The notes under the pieces were generated by a model that searched no databases, was not told the DNA's origin, and worked only from the letters and a program-made list of their open reading frames with translations. The position numbers were made by a program, and so were the translations under genes. From NCBI GenBank assembly GCA_051877675.1, contig JBJEJC010000046.1, positions 1,738 through 65,737 on the forward strand: a stretch of DNA of 64,000 nucleotides, given 5' to 3'. Positions 1-9,030 of the stretch are shown piece by piece. Source of the DNA: Roseburia sp. (lineage in GTDB: Bacteria; Bacillota; Clostridia; Lachnospirales; Lachnospiraceae). Within the stretch, counting starts at the first letter, position 1. The number at the start of each line of letters is the position of its first letter.

Positions 1-392
1 GCCATCGCGCTTGCAAAAACCTGCATCTGCTGATAATTTACAGTTACGACATAGGAACCGTCATCCTGTTTCTCTGCCTCTCCTACCGTATACTTCACAG
101 CCCCGAACATGTCCTTCAGTACCTGACGATACTCTGCCTCAAGTTCCTCGGAAAGTTCCACACCCGCCAGAAGTGCCTCAAGCTCGGTATCGATTCCTTC
201 CTCATAAAGCTTGGAAGCTTCCTCTGCCGTGCCAATCTTCTGTGCCAGGAACTCAGTGGAGTCATTCTTATAGGAATTATCCAGCAATGCCTTGATGTAT
301 GCACTTGCATCAAAAGAAAGTCCGCATCCTCCCAGCAATCCCACGGTGAGTACCATTACCAGCGTCAATGCTGCTAATTTGATTTTTTTCAT
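1..392 (-). CDS. Lipoprotein of unknown function (3' end runs off the window)
   Basis: Not in the ORF track; translated by hand as MKKIKLAALTLVMVLTVGLLGGCGLSFDASAYIKALLD..., open to position 1. Signal peptide with lipobox LGGC; GGAG RBS upstream of the ATG at 392. Confidence 0.8.
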   Translation of the reverse strand, partial: MKKIKLAALTLVMVLTVGLLGGCGLSFDASAYIKALLDNSYKNDSTEFLAQKIGTAEEASKLYEEGIDTELEALLAGVELSEELEAEYRQVLKDMFGAVKYTVGEAEKQDDGSYVVTVNYQQMQVFASAM

Positions 393-432
393 CTCATCTT
401 CTCTCCTTAATTGTTATTAAAAAACCTCTCTT

Positions 433-461
433 ACTTTATCATGTTAAAGTACAGTTGTCAA
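433..461 (-). promoter_or_regulatory. Sigma-A type promoter for the lipoprotein gene
   Basis: Minus strand reads TTGACA-17 nt-TAAAGT with an extended -10 TG. Confidence 0.6.
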
Positions 462-499
462 TTATTTCCTGCACGCTTCTACGCAGCGTTTCCTTCTGT

Positions 500-958
500 C
501 TACTTCTCTCCCTGATTCTTGTTGTCATCAATGAGCTTGCGGATTCCCTCCCGCTCCTCCTGTGTAATCAGACTGTTCACGTCCAGAATTCCAATCAGCA
601 TCTTGTTCTTTGACACCACATCACGGAAAAAGTTCTGTGTGGAATTCATCAACTGCGGCATGGGATTAATCTCTGCTTTCCCCGCATCGATAATCTCCCT
701 CACCTGTCCAACCTCCAGACCAACTTTCATTCCTGCCACATTTGCCACGATAATATTGTCAATCCTCTCATTTGGATTTCCAAATCTCGCTGCCAGATTA
801 TAGACCGGCACGATATCTCCATGCAGATTCATGATTCCCTCAATAAACTGAGGGGAATCCGGAATCTTCAAAATATTCATCCTCGTCTCAATGGACTCCA
901 CATCCGTTACCGGCATCCCATACACAATCTGCCCCAGTGAAAATGTCAACAGCTGCAT
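500..958 (-). CDS. cheW: Orphan chemotaxis coupling protein CheW
   Basis: CheW pattern LLTFSLG..YGMP..V..I, IP.SP.FIEGIMNLHGDIVPVYNL, GLEVGQVREI. Start moved to ATG 958 because GGAGG lies just upstream. Confidence 0.85.
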   Translation of the reverse strand: MQLLTFSLGQIVYGMPVTDVESIETRMNILKIPDSPQFIEGIMNLHGDIVPVYNLAARFGNPNERIDNIIVANVAGMKVGLEVGQVREIIDAGKAEINPMPQLMNSTQNFFRDVVSKNKMLIGILDVNSLITQEEREGIRKLIDDNKNQGEK

Positions 959-1001
959 CTTTACTTCCTCCGTTCTCTCTGCCCACAGGCGACCTACAGA
1001 T

Positions 1002-1030
1002 ATTTTATCACCTGGCACAGTATTCATCAA
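1002..1030 (-). promoter_or_regulatory. Sigma-A type promoter for the orphan cheW
   Basis: Minus strand reads TTGATG-17 nt-TAAAAT with a TG extension. Confidence 0.55.
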
Positions 1031-1048
1031 GTGTGAGCTGGTTCCTTT

Positions 1049-1077
1049 TTGACTTTTAGCGCTTTTTCCGCTATGAT
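1049..1077 (+). promoter_or_regulatory. Sigma-A type promoter for the PHP gene, back-to-back with the cheW promoter
   Basis: TTGACT(1049-1054)-17 nt-TATGAT(1072-1077). Confidence 0.65.
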
Positions 1078-1108
1078 AATTCTATTGTCAGAAGAAAGGA
1101 ATGTTATT

Positions 1109-1963
1109 ATGGACCAGCCTATTGTAGATTTACATGTACACTCCACCGCGTCAGACGGCACCGTAAGCCCGGCAGAGCTCATCTCCCTTGCCAGGGCAGC
1201 CGGTCTTTCCGCCATTGCCCTGACGGATCACGATACCACCGCCGGTGTACCGGAAGCAGCCCAGGCTGCAGAGCGCTCCGGCATTGAGCTTATTCCCGGT
1301 ATTGAACTTTCCACCACCTATGGCGATAAGGAAATTCATATCGTGGGTCTTTTCATTGACCCGAAGAACGAACTGCTTTCCGCAAAAACAAAGGAGTTTC
1401 GCGACTGCAGAGACCGTCGCAATGAAAAAATGGTCGCCGCCCTGCAGCAGGAAGGCTTTCCCATCACCATGGAGCAGTTAGAGCAGGAAAACCCGGACTG
1501 TGTGATTACCCGCGCCAATATTGCCCGCTTTCTCTTCCATCACGGTTATATCAAAAGCGTCCAGGAGGCATTTGATAAATATATCGGCGACGGTTGCCGC
1601 TGCTATGTAGGACGTTTTAAGATTTCTCCCATGGAGGCGGCAGCTTTGATCCGCCAGGCGGGGGGTGTTGCCATTCTCGCCCATCCTCTGCTTTACCATA
1701 TGAGTTCCGCAAGACTACAGCAGCTTATTGATGACTTAAAAGCAGCAGGACTTGACGGCATTGAAGCAATCTACTCTACCTATACTCCCGGCGAGGAACG
1801 GCTGATGAAGGAACTTGCTTCCAAAAACGGGCTTCTCATCAGCGGAGGCTCTGACTTTCACGGCTCCAACAAGCCATCCATCCGTTTGGGCAGCGGAAAA
1901 GGCTCTCTCTTCGTTCCCTACTCCGTTCTGTCCGCGCTCCGGCAGGCAGCAGAGCATCGCTAA
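1109..1963 (+). CDS. PHP-domain metal-dependent phosphoesterase (TrpH/YciV-like)
   Basis: Motifs DLHVHSTASDG, ALTDHDT, IHIVG, AHP and GGSDFHG. RBS GAAAGGA precedes ATG 1109. Confidence 0.9.
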   Translation: MDQPIVDLHVHSTASDGTVSPAELISLARAAGLSAIALTDHDTTAGVPEAAQAAERSGIELIPGIELSTTYGDKEIHIVGLFIDPKNELLSAKTKEFRDCRDRRNEKMVAALQQEGFPITMEQLEQENPDCVITRANIARFLFHHGYIKSVQEAFDKYIGDGCRCYVGRFKISPMEAAALIRQAGGVAILAHPLLYHMSSARLQQLIDDLKAAGLDGIEAIYSTYTPGEERLMKELASKNGLLISGGSDFHGSNKPSIRLGSGKGSLFVPYSVLSALRQAAEHR

Positions 1964-1980
1964 CCCTTCCGTTCACCAAT

Positions 1981-2006
1981 GCGCAGCTTCGTATATGAAG
2001 CTGCGC
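1981..2006. terminator. Hairpin between the convergent PHP and Cof genes (probable bidirectional terminator)
   Basis: Perfect 10-bp inverted repeat GCGCAGCTTC-gtatat-GAAGCTGCGC; the U-tracts are weak. Confidence 0.55.
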
Positions 2007-2032
2007 TGATATTTCCTCTGCTTTTCTATTTC

Positions 2033-2845
2033 CTACAGAATAAACTTTTCGATAACCTCCGCGATGGCATCATGATTATTGTCATTCTCCGTGACATAAT
2101 CTGCCACCGCCCGGATTTCCGGGATTCCGTTCTTTACCGCAATGCCCACATGGGCAGTCTTTATCATGGCAATATCATTTTCCTCATCCCCCACTGCCAC
2201 CGTGGATTCCAGCGGCATATTTAAAATCCGCGTCAGTTCCTCCACTCCGGTTCCCTTGCTGGTTCCCAGCGGACAATATTCCAGATATTCCCGGCAGGAA
2301 AAGAGGCTGCTGCATTTTCCCTTCTCCCAGTGCAGATTCCGTTTCTGAAATCGTACCAGCCGCTCGTGATTGTCCAGATCTATTAAAAGCACCTTCTGCG
2401 GCTCCTCCGCCAGCGCATCCAGCACATTGGGAGAAAGCTTATAGTTTAAATGGGTTCTTTCCCGATAGTAATCCAATTCCCTGGTATGCTTTGTAGTAAT
2501 CACATCCGTACTGTTATAGGTCTGTGCATAGATGCCAGCCCTGTCTGCCCGCTCAAAAATCTCCTGTACAACATCAACAGGTATGGCACGTTTTAAAAGC
2601 ACCCGGTCCGCCGCACAATCGTAAAGCACCGCACCGTTAAAGGCGAGCATATAACAACCCGGCATCGTAAGCCCCAGGTCCCTTACCACATGTCTGCCGC
2701 TCTCCACAGAACGACCGGTTGCCAGGGCAATGTAATGCCCCGCAGAAAGCATTGCACGGATTGCCTCACGGTTCTTTGCAGAGATGCTTTTGTCATCACA
2801 CAGCAGGGTGCAGTCCAGATCCACAAACAGAATTTTATTGCTCAT
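2033..2845 (-). CDS. Cof-type HAD-IIB hydrolase
   Basis: Motifs DLDCTLL (DxDGT variant), ATGR, NGA, KGTG and GDEENDIAM. Confidence 0.9.
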   Translation of the reverse strand: MSNKILFVDLDCTLLCDDKSISAKNREAIRAMLSAGHYIALATGRSVESGRHVVRDLGLTMPGCYMLAFNGAVLYDCAADRVLLKRAIPVDVVQEIFERADRAGIYAQTYNSTDVITTKHTRELDYYRERTHLNYKLSPNVLDALAEEPQKVLLIDLDNHERLVRFQKRNLHWEKGKCSSLFSCREYLEYCPLGTSKGTGVEELTRILNMPLESTVAVGDEENDIAMIKTAHVGIAVKNGIPEIRAVADYVTENDNNHDAIAEVIEKFIL

Positions 2846-2914
2846 AAATTCACTCCCCTTTCTTCTGTCCTCGTTTTTTATTCAAAACCTTATCCTGCAG
2901 CACTTTTGTATGCG

Positions 2915-5056
2915 CTAAGTTGTAATCTCCTGTAAAGGCACAAACACCCGCTCCCGGTAAACATGATCCGCCTTCGGCACCGCGTTCATTGCCTCCTCAC
3001 AGAATTGTTTCTGGGAATTTACCAGAACCTTCCCCCGCTTATCCGGTTTCACATATGCTCCATCCGCCTGCAGATAATGGGCTTTGGTATTATCCGCAAG
3101 CTCCACCTCCAGAATATGCATGACCTGTCTGCGAATATTCTCATCCAGAACCGGAAACAGGATTTCCACACGGCGGTCCAGGTTACGCGGCATCCAGTCC
3201 GCACTTCCCATATACACCTCTTCCTCCCCGTCATTGTAGAAATAAAAGATTCTGCTGTGCTCTAAGAAATTCCCCACAATAGAGCGTACGGTAATATTCT
3301 CACTGATGCCCGGTATTCCCACCTTAAGGCAGCAGATTCCGCGCACCACCAGTTCAATCTTCACTCCTGCCGCTGATGCCTCATAGAGGGCTGCAATAAT
3401 CCCGGCATCACACAGGGAATTCATTTTCGCAACAATCTTTGCCGGTCTCCCCTCTTTTGCGTGCTTCGTCTCCCGCTCAATCAGGCGCATGAACTTGGAA
3501 CGCAGCCAAAGCGGTGCCAGTGCCAGTTCGTTCCACGACAGTGGCTCCGAATACCCGGACAGCATATTGAATACCGCCGTAGCATCCTCACCGATGGTTT
3601 CCTGGCAGGTAAAAATGCCGCAGTCCGTGTACAGCTTTGCCGTAGAATCGTTGTAATTCCCGGTTCCAAGGTGCACATAGCGCCGGATTCCGTCTTCTTC
3701 TCTTCTTACTACAAGTGCAATTTTACTGTGGGTTTTTAATCCAACCAGACCGTAGATGACATGGCAGCCCGCCTTTTCCAGCTTCTTTGCCCATACAATG
3801 TTATTTTCCTCGTCAAACCGTGCTTTTAACTCCACAAGCACCGACACCTGCTTGCCATTCTCTGCGGCAAGCGCCAAAGATGCGATAATCGGGGAATTGC
3901 CGCTGACACGGTAAAGAGTCTGCTTAATTGCAAGCACATCCGGGTCCAGCGCTGCCTGCCGGATAAAATCCACCACCGGATCAAAGGTCTGGTAGGGATG
4001 ATGAAGGAGGATATCTCCCTTCCGGATTGCAGCAAAAATGTCGGTTCCAGGTTCAATCTGGGGTACGCGCTGGGGCACATAGGGCTTATAGCGCAGTTCA
4101 TCACAGCCCTCCAGTCCATACATTTTCATCAGGAAAGTAAGGTCAATCGGACCTGCTATACGGAAGATATCCTCCTCCGCCACCTTTAATTCTGCCTTTA
4201 AAAACTGCAGCAGTTTCCGGTCAATGCCCTCCTCCACTTCAAGGCGGATTACCTCCCCCCACTGACGCATTTTTAACTGCTTCTGAATCTCCTTTAACAA
4301 ATCGGCAGCCTCATCCTCGTCAATGGTCAGATCCGCATTTCGCATAACACGGTAGGGGCAGGCACAAAGCACCTCATAATTCAGGAACAGCTTATCAATA
4401 TTTTTTTCAATGACCTGCTCGAGCAGGATAAAAATCCGGTCTTGCGGGTTCTCTGCCGGAATCTGCACCAGCCGCGGCAGTACCCCCGGCACCTGTACCG
4501 TAGCAAACTCCACGCTCTCTCCCGCCTTCTTTTCTCCCTTCCGGGAAAGAAGTGCAGCAATATTAAGCGTTTTATTGCGTATTAGCGGAAACGGTCTCGA
4601 GGCATCCACCGCCATAGGTGTCAGCACCGGATACACGCTGTCCATAAAATAGCGGTCCACAAAGGCAGCCTGTTCCTTCGTCAGCTCCTCAAAGGCATCC
4701 ACGATATAAATGTGGCTGCTGTTCAGCAACGGCATGAGGGAACGGTTATAGGTACTGTACTGCAGATTCACCAGCTCCCTGGTCTTTTCGTTGATGGCAC
4801 TAAGCTGCTGTGCTGCTGTCATGCCGGCAATGTCCCTTTTCTTATAATTTGCATGCACCATATCCTTTAAGGAAGCCACCCGCACCATAAAAAATTCATC
4901 CAGGTTTGAGGAGGTAATACTGATAAACTTCAGACGCTCCAGCAGCGGAATACTTTTATCCCGCGCTTCATTCAAAACTCTTCCGTCAAATTTCAGCCAG
5001 CTCAGCTCTCTGTTTTCATAATAATCCGGATTGGTGAAATCCTTGTTTTTCTCCAT
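2915..5056 (-). CDS. ppk1: Polyphosphate kinase 1
   Basis: NRELSWLKF, SSNLDEFFMVRVA, LLHHPY, ELKARFDEENNI, KTHSK, HLGTGNYN, FLEHSRI, SADWMPRNLDRRVE. Start placed at ATG 5056 from the GGAG RBS. Confidence 0.97.
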   Translation of the reverse strand: MEKNKDFTNPDYYENRELSWLKFDGRVLNEARDKSIPLLERLKFISITSSNLDEFFMVRVASLKDMVHANYKKRDIAGMTAAQQLSAINEKTRELVNLQYSTYNRSLMPLLNSSHIYIVDAFEELTKEQAAFVDRYFMDSVYPVLTPMAVDASRPFPLIRNKTLNIAALLSRKGEKKAGESVEFATVQVPGVLPRLVQIPAENPQDRIFILLEQVIEKNIDKLFLNYEVLCACPYRVMRNADLTIDEDEAADLLKEIQKQLKMRQWGEVIRLEVEEGIDRKLLQFLKAELKVAEEDIFRIAGPIDLTFLMKMYGLEGCDELRYKPYVPQRVPQIEPGTDIFAAIRKGDILLHHPYQTFDPVVDFIRQAALDPDVLAIKQTLYRVSGNSPIIASLALAAENGKQVSVLVELKARFDEENNIVWAKKLEKAGCHVIYGLVGLKTHSKIALVVRREEDGIRRYVHLGTGNYNDSTAKLYTDCGIFTCQETIGEDATAVFNMLSGYSEPLSWNELALAPLWLRSKFMRLIERETKHAKEGRPAKIVAKMNSLCDAGIIAALYEASAAGVKIELVVRGICCLKVGIPGISENITVRSIVGNFLEHSRIFYFYNDGEEEVYMGSADWMPRNLDRRVEILFPVLDENIRRQVMHILEVELADNTKAHYLQADGAYVKPDKRGKVLVNSQKQFCEEAMNAVPKADHVYRERVFVPLQEITT

Positions 5057-5067
5057 ACTTTTCACTC

Positions 5068-6606
5068 CTATGAATTGTAAACCCTTTTTGCCTTAAGCAC
5101 CGGTTTAATACTGAAAATATGCTCAAAATATGCCGTCTTTGCTTCAAACAGTGCTTTCTCCAGTGCGATGTCATCCATAGTCTCCACCGTAATGACCAGT
5201 TCCTTTCCCTTTACAGCAACCCTGACGTTCTTAAACTTCTGCTTATGGCTGCGGTCCATCGCATTGGATACCCGCAGAATTGCCGAAAGCTTTGCAACCG
5301 TAAGGTAACTGTTCTGATCCAGCTTATCCGCCACCTCACTGTAATCTCCCAGCGGATAGGTATTATAAAGCACGATTTCCGCCACAATCTCCCGTTCCAG
5401 ATGGGTAAGTCCAATAATCTCAGATGCCATAATGATATCGTAGGAACAAAGCGGCGCATTGGAAAAGCTGATATATTTTCCACAGTCATGAAGAATTGCC
5501 GCCAACTGCAGCAGCAGGCGCTCCCGTTTTCCAAGTCCATGCACCTTTTTCATGGTATCAAACAAAAGCGTTGCCATATTCGTCAGTGCATCAATATGGG
5601 GCGAATAGCTCATGTAGCGCTTAGATAAACTTCTTGCTGCGGACAGGATATCCGCATCAAAATCGTGGGTTACTTTATAGATATTATGTTTCTCCGCATA
5701 ATCGCATGCAATACCGTCACTGATATTGGAACCGGGTGCCCAAAGCTCCTGGGCTCCCAGATATTTTGCCATGCACCGGAAAATCATCATATAGGGAATC
5801 AGAAGTCCGTCGTGGTCATTCGGCAGTCCCAGTGCCTCCGTCATCTGCTCCACACTTCCCCGACACACCCGGTCTAAAAGCCGCTCGAACTTCTCCACGC
5901 TCACCGTGTTCTTATCCTTATTTCCCTCCACAAGCCGGGTCAGTTCCGTTATGTAATCCCCGATAATGACAAGGTACTGGATTTTCATTTTTTCCATATA
6001 AATGGAACGGAATACCTCCAGCTCCTTCTCCGCCAGTTCCTCAATCTGAAGCTCATACTGCGCCAGATTCACGCTCTTTCGTGCAAGCTGCTCCCGCATA
6101 CGCATCGTGCTTAAGCCCAGATGCTGCGTAGTAATAACCTTGCCATGGGAAAATATGGTAATCTGCATGCCACTGCCGCTGACATCCACCACCGCTGCGC
6201 TTTTCTGAATCATCTCCTCAAACTCACCGCGCATCGCCACCGCCTTATAACTGATAAAACGGTGTTCGGAATTGCTCAGCACGTGAACCTCAAGTCCGGT
6301 CCGAATCTTAATCTGATCCAAAATGAACAGCTCATTGCTGACATCCCGCAACACTGCCGCCGCATATGCCTGGCAACTGTCCACCCGGTACTCCTTCATG
6401 ATTCCATTGAACTCCTCCAGAGTGTCACACAGCGCCTCCACCAGTTCATAGCCGATACTCCCCTTGGAATATGCATCCCTGCCAAGCTCTACTCTGCTCC
6501 GGACATAATCCACCTCACGAAGTTTCCGTTTTGCAGACAGCTCAAATATCTTAAGGCTAACCTCATAGGAGCCAATATAAATTGCCGCAAATGTCTGAAT
6601 CGCCAT
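5068..6606 (-). CDS. ppx: Ppx/GppA-family exopolyphosphatase-like protein with C-terminal HD domain
   Basis: ASKHA-type N-terminus (AAIYIGS, ELGRD, VVDVSGSG), HD motif AAILHDCGK, adjacent to ppk1. Several catalytic residues are altered (see findings). Confidence 0.8.
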   Translation of the reverse strand: MAIQTFAAIYIGSYEVSLKIFELSAKRKLREVDYVRSRVELGRDAYSKGSIGYELVEALCDTLEEFNGIMKEYRVDSCQAYAAAVLRDVSNELFILDQIKIRTGLEVHVLSNSEHRFISYKAVAMRGEFEEMIQKSAAVVDVSGSGMQITIFSHGKVITTQHLGLSTMRMREQLARKSVNLAQYELQIEELAEKELEVFRSIYMEKMKIQYLVIIGDYITELTRLVEGNKDKNTVSVEKFERLLDRVCRGSVEQMTEALGLPNDHDGLLIPYMMIFRCMAKYLGAQELWAPGSNISDGIACDYAEKHNIYKVTHDFDADILSAARSLSKRYMSYSPHIDALTNMATLLFDTMKKVHGLGKRERLLLQLAAILHDCGKYISFSNAPLCSYDIIMASEIIGLTHLEREIVAEIVLYNTYPLGDYSEVADKLDQNSYLTVAKLSAILRVSNAMDRSHKQKFKNVRVAVKGKELVITVETMDDIALEKALFEAKTAYFEHIFSIKPVLKAKRVYNS

Positions 6607-6626
6607 ATCTCTCCCCCCTGCTCTGT

Positions 6627-7757
6627 CTAATAATTGCCAAGAATCTTAAGGCTTATGGCTTCCTCCTGGATTCCCCGCAGTGCGTTCTGCACCGCTGCAT
6701 CATTCAGGTTTCCTTCAAAATCGATGAAGAAGCGGTATTCCCAGTTCCGATCCTGCACCGGACGGGATTCAATTCGATTCATATTAATGCCGTTGTAGAT
6801 AAAATGTGACAGCATATGATAAAGAGAACCGCTCTCATGGGGGATTTCAAAGCTGATGCTGATTTTTCCGGCATCCGGCGTGTAAACCTTTTTCCCGGTA
6901 ACAATAATAAAGCGGGTTGCATTCGCCTGATTATTCTGGATTCTCTGCTCCAGCACCTTGAGCCCATAAATCTCTGCTGTAAGCTCACTGGCAATGGCCG
7001 CTTTATACTTCTTACCGTCCTCCTTTACCTTAAGTGCAGACATGGCTGTATTCTTAAGGCTGTGCTTCTCCCAGTTTCTGTGCTGCTCCAAATACCTGCC
7101 GCACTGCATCAGTGCCTGCGGATGGGAATAAACATCCGTGATATCAGAAAGTTCTGCTTCCGGCAGCCCTAACAATGCATGTTCAATTGAAATAATCTGT
7201 TCCCCAACAATACAATTGTCGTATTCAATCAGCAGGTCATAATTCTCTGATACAATACCGGCAGAGGAATTCTCAATCGGAAGTACCGCATAATCCGCCG
7301 TTCCTCCCTGGATGGCTTCCATGGCATCCCTCCAGGTCTCCACATGGTATCCATCCGTATCCGCTCCAAAATACTCCTTTAACGCAAGCTGGCTGTAAGC
7401 GCCCTCAGTTCCCTGAAATACAATCCGGGCGTTCCGGTAATCCAGTTTATCCACCTGCACGAAATCCGGCTTCTCATAGATTCCATGCTCCGTCAACAAC
7501 TGATACTGACGCTTGCGGCTCGCTGCCATAATCTGCTCAAACAACTCCCCAATGCCCCGTTTGTTGAACAAATTACTCCCCAACGCCGTAAGGTTTTCCA
7601 GTTTCTGAACCTCCCGTTCCTTGTCAAAAACCTTTTTGCCGTTTTGGATCTTATACTCCGCAACCTCCTCGGCAATCTCCATTCTTTTCTCATACAGCTC
7701 CACAATCTGATGATCAATGGTGTCAATCTGTTCGCGCAAATCTTTTAAATCTTTCAT
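6627..7757 (-). CDS. pheA: Bifunctional chorismate mutase / prephenate dehydratase
   Basis: Chorismate mutase domain LREQIDTIDHQIVEL..KR; dehydratase motifs FQGTEGAYS, PIENSSAG, SHPQALMQC, NATRF; ACT domain IESRP. Confidence 0.95.
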   Translation of the reverse strand: MKDLKDLREQIDTIDHQIVELYEKRMEIAEEVAEYKIQNGKKVFDKEREVQKLENLTALGSNLFNKRGIGELFEQIMAASRKRQYQLLTEHGIYEKPDFVQVDKLDYRNARIVFQGTEGAYSQLALKEYFGADTDGYHVETWRDAMEAIQGGTADYAVLPIENSSAGIVSENYDLLIEYDNCIVGEQIISIEHALLGLPEAELSDITDVYSHPQALMQCGRYLEQHRNWEKHSLKNTAMSALKVKEDGKKYKAAIASELTAEIYGLKVLEQRIQNNQANATRFIIVTGKKVYTPDAGKISISFEIPHESGSLYHMLSHFIYNGINMNRIESRPVQDRNWEYRFFIDFEGNLNDAAVQNALRGIQEEAISLKILGNY

Positions 7758-7846
7758 ATTTTCTCCGATACTTTTTAGTTTCTCCTGTATAAAACCCGGA
7801 GTTATCCGGCATGATATCCTGCCATGCCGATTTCTTCCCTATTTAT

Positions 7847-7875
7847 ACTATAGTATATTAACGTGTGAATAGCAA
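7847..7875 (-). promoter_or_regulatory. Sigma-A type promoter for pheA-ppx-ppk1
   Basis: Minus strand reads TTGCTA-17 nt-TATAGT. Confidence 0.55.
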
Positions 7876-7882
7876 GACACCC

Positions 7883-7912
7883 TTGCAAGAATCTGGGGGA
7901 AAATGTTATAAT
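7883..7912 (+). promoter_or_regulatory. Sigma-A promoter for the DUF5050-like gene
   Basis: TTGCAA-18 nt-TATAAT with extended -10 TGTTATAAT. Confidence 0.65.
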
Positions 7913-8005
7913 TTTTGTATAAAAAAACATTATTTTTTCACACCTCCAAAACTGTTTTGCAGTTTCGGAAATCTAACTTTTTACAAGGGAAATGAGGCGT
8001 TTTAC

Positions 8006-9022
8006 ATGAAAAAAAAATTACCGTTCGTGCTGCTTTTTGTGCTGCTCTGTATTGCTGTAGCCATTGGCGTATACCGCCATTTTAGCACAAAAACCCGGTT
8101 CAATGAAAGCTATGTAAATGGAAATACCGCTGGAAATCTTTACAACTCCGGCAGATTCTGTGAAAACGGCGGGCAGATTTTTTTCGCCAACCCGGACGAT
8201 GAGAACAGACTTTATGTGATGAACCCGGACGGCTCAGATTTGAAAAAGCTCAGTGATGACAATGCCACCTACATCAATGCGGATAATAACTACGTCTACT
8301 ATACCCGGAACAACGCTTCGGAGGACACTGCATTTTCGTTCTTATCCATCAATACCAACAGTCTCTGCCGGATTGACCGTGCCAATGGGAAAAACAGCAT
8401 GATTATGGATCGGGAGCCCAGCATTTATGCTTCTCTGGTGGGAGATTACATTTATTATCTGCGCTATACCAAGGAAACCGCCACAAACCTTTATAAGATC
8501 CGCATCGACGGTTCCGAACAGAAAGAAGTAAACAGAAATGCCTATTATACATGCAGTACAGACGGACAGTGCATTTATTACAACGGAAGAGAAAGCGATC
8601 ATAATATCCGCAGATTGGACACAGCCTCCGATTCCGAGAGTACGCTTCTTTCCGCAAACTGCTGGATGCCCACTGTGGTAGAAGGAACCACCGCCTATTA
8701 TATGGACTGTGACCACGATTACGCCCTCGCCCGCGCCGATTTATCCACCGGGGAGCAGGTATTGCTGACCGAAGACCGCATTGATACCTACAATGTTTCC
8801 GGCGAATACATATATTTTCAGCGCAGCGGCAGCGATCCGGCTCTCTGCCGTATCCGCACCGACGGCTCCGATTATACGGTAATTGCATCCGGAACCTACA
8901 ATACTATTAACGTGACTTCCTCTTATGTATATTTTACAGAATACTACACCGGGGAGGTACTCCGTACCCCCACCGATGCACCGGGCAGTGTGGAAGGCTT
9001 CCATCCCGGAAAGGCTGATTAA
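8006..9022 (+). CDS. Membrane-anchored beta-propeller protein (DUF5050-like)
   Basis: N-terminal TM helix, GNTAGNLYNSG motif and repeated blades (IYY...LY.I..DGS). Start moved to ATG 8006 from the GAGG RBS. Confidence 0.8.
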   Translation: MKKKLPFVLLFVLLCIAVAIGVYRHFSTKTRFNESYVNGNTAGNLYNSGRFCENGGQIFFANPDDENRLYVMNPDGSDLKKLSDDNATYINADNNYVYYTRNNASEDTAFSFLSINTNSLCRIDRANGKNSMIMDREPSIYASLVGDYIYYLRYTKETATNLYKIRIDGSEQKEVNRNAYYTCSTDGQCIYYNGRESDHNIRRLDTASDSESTLLSANCWMPTVVEGTTAYYMDCDHDYALARADLSTGEQVLLTEDRIDTYNVSGEYIYFQRSGSDPALCRIRTDGSDYTVIASGTYNTINVTSSYVYFTEYYTGEVLRTPTDAPGSVEGFHPGKAD

Positions 9023-9030
9023 AGCCTTTG

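Noticed and set aside
2033-2845. DLDCT instead of DxDGT in the Cof hydrolase
   Set aside because: Both catalytic Asp residues and motifs II-IV are intact, so this is probably a neutral variant.
7758-7846. T-box or attenuator upstream of pheA
   Set aside because: The leader is only about 85 nt, with no T-box consensus and no Phe-rich leader peptide.
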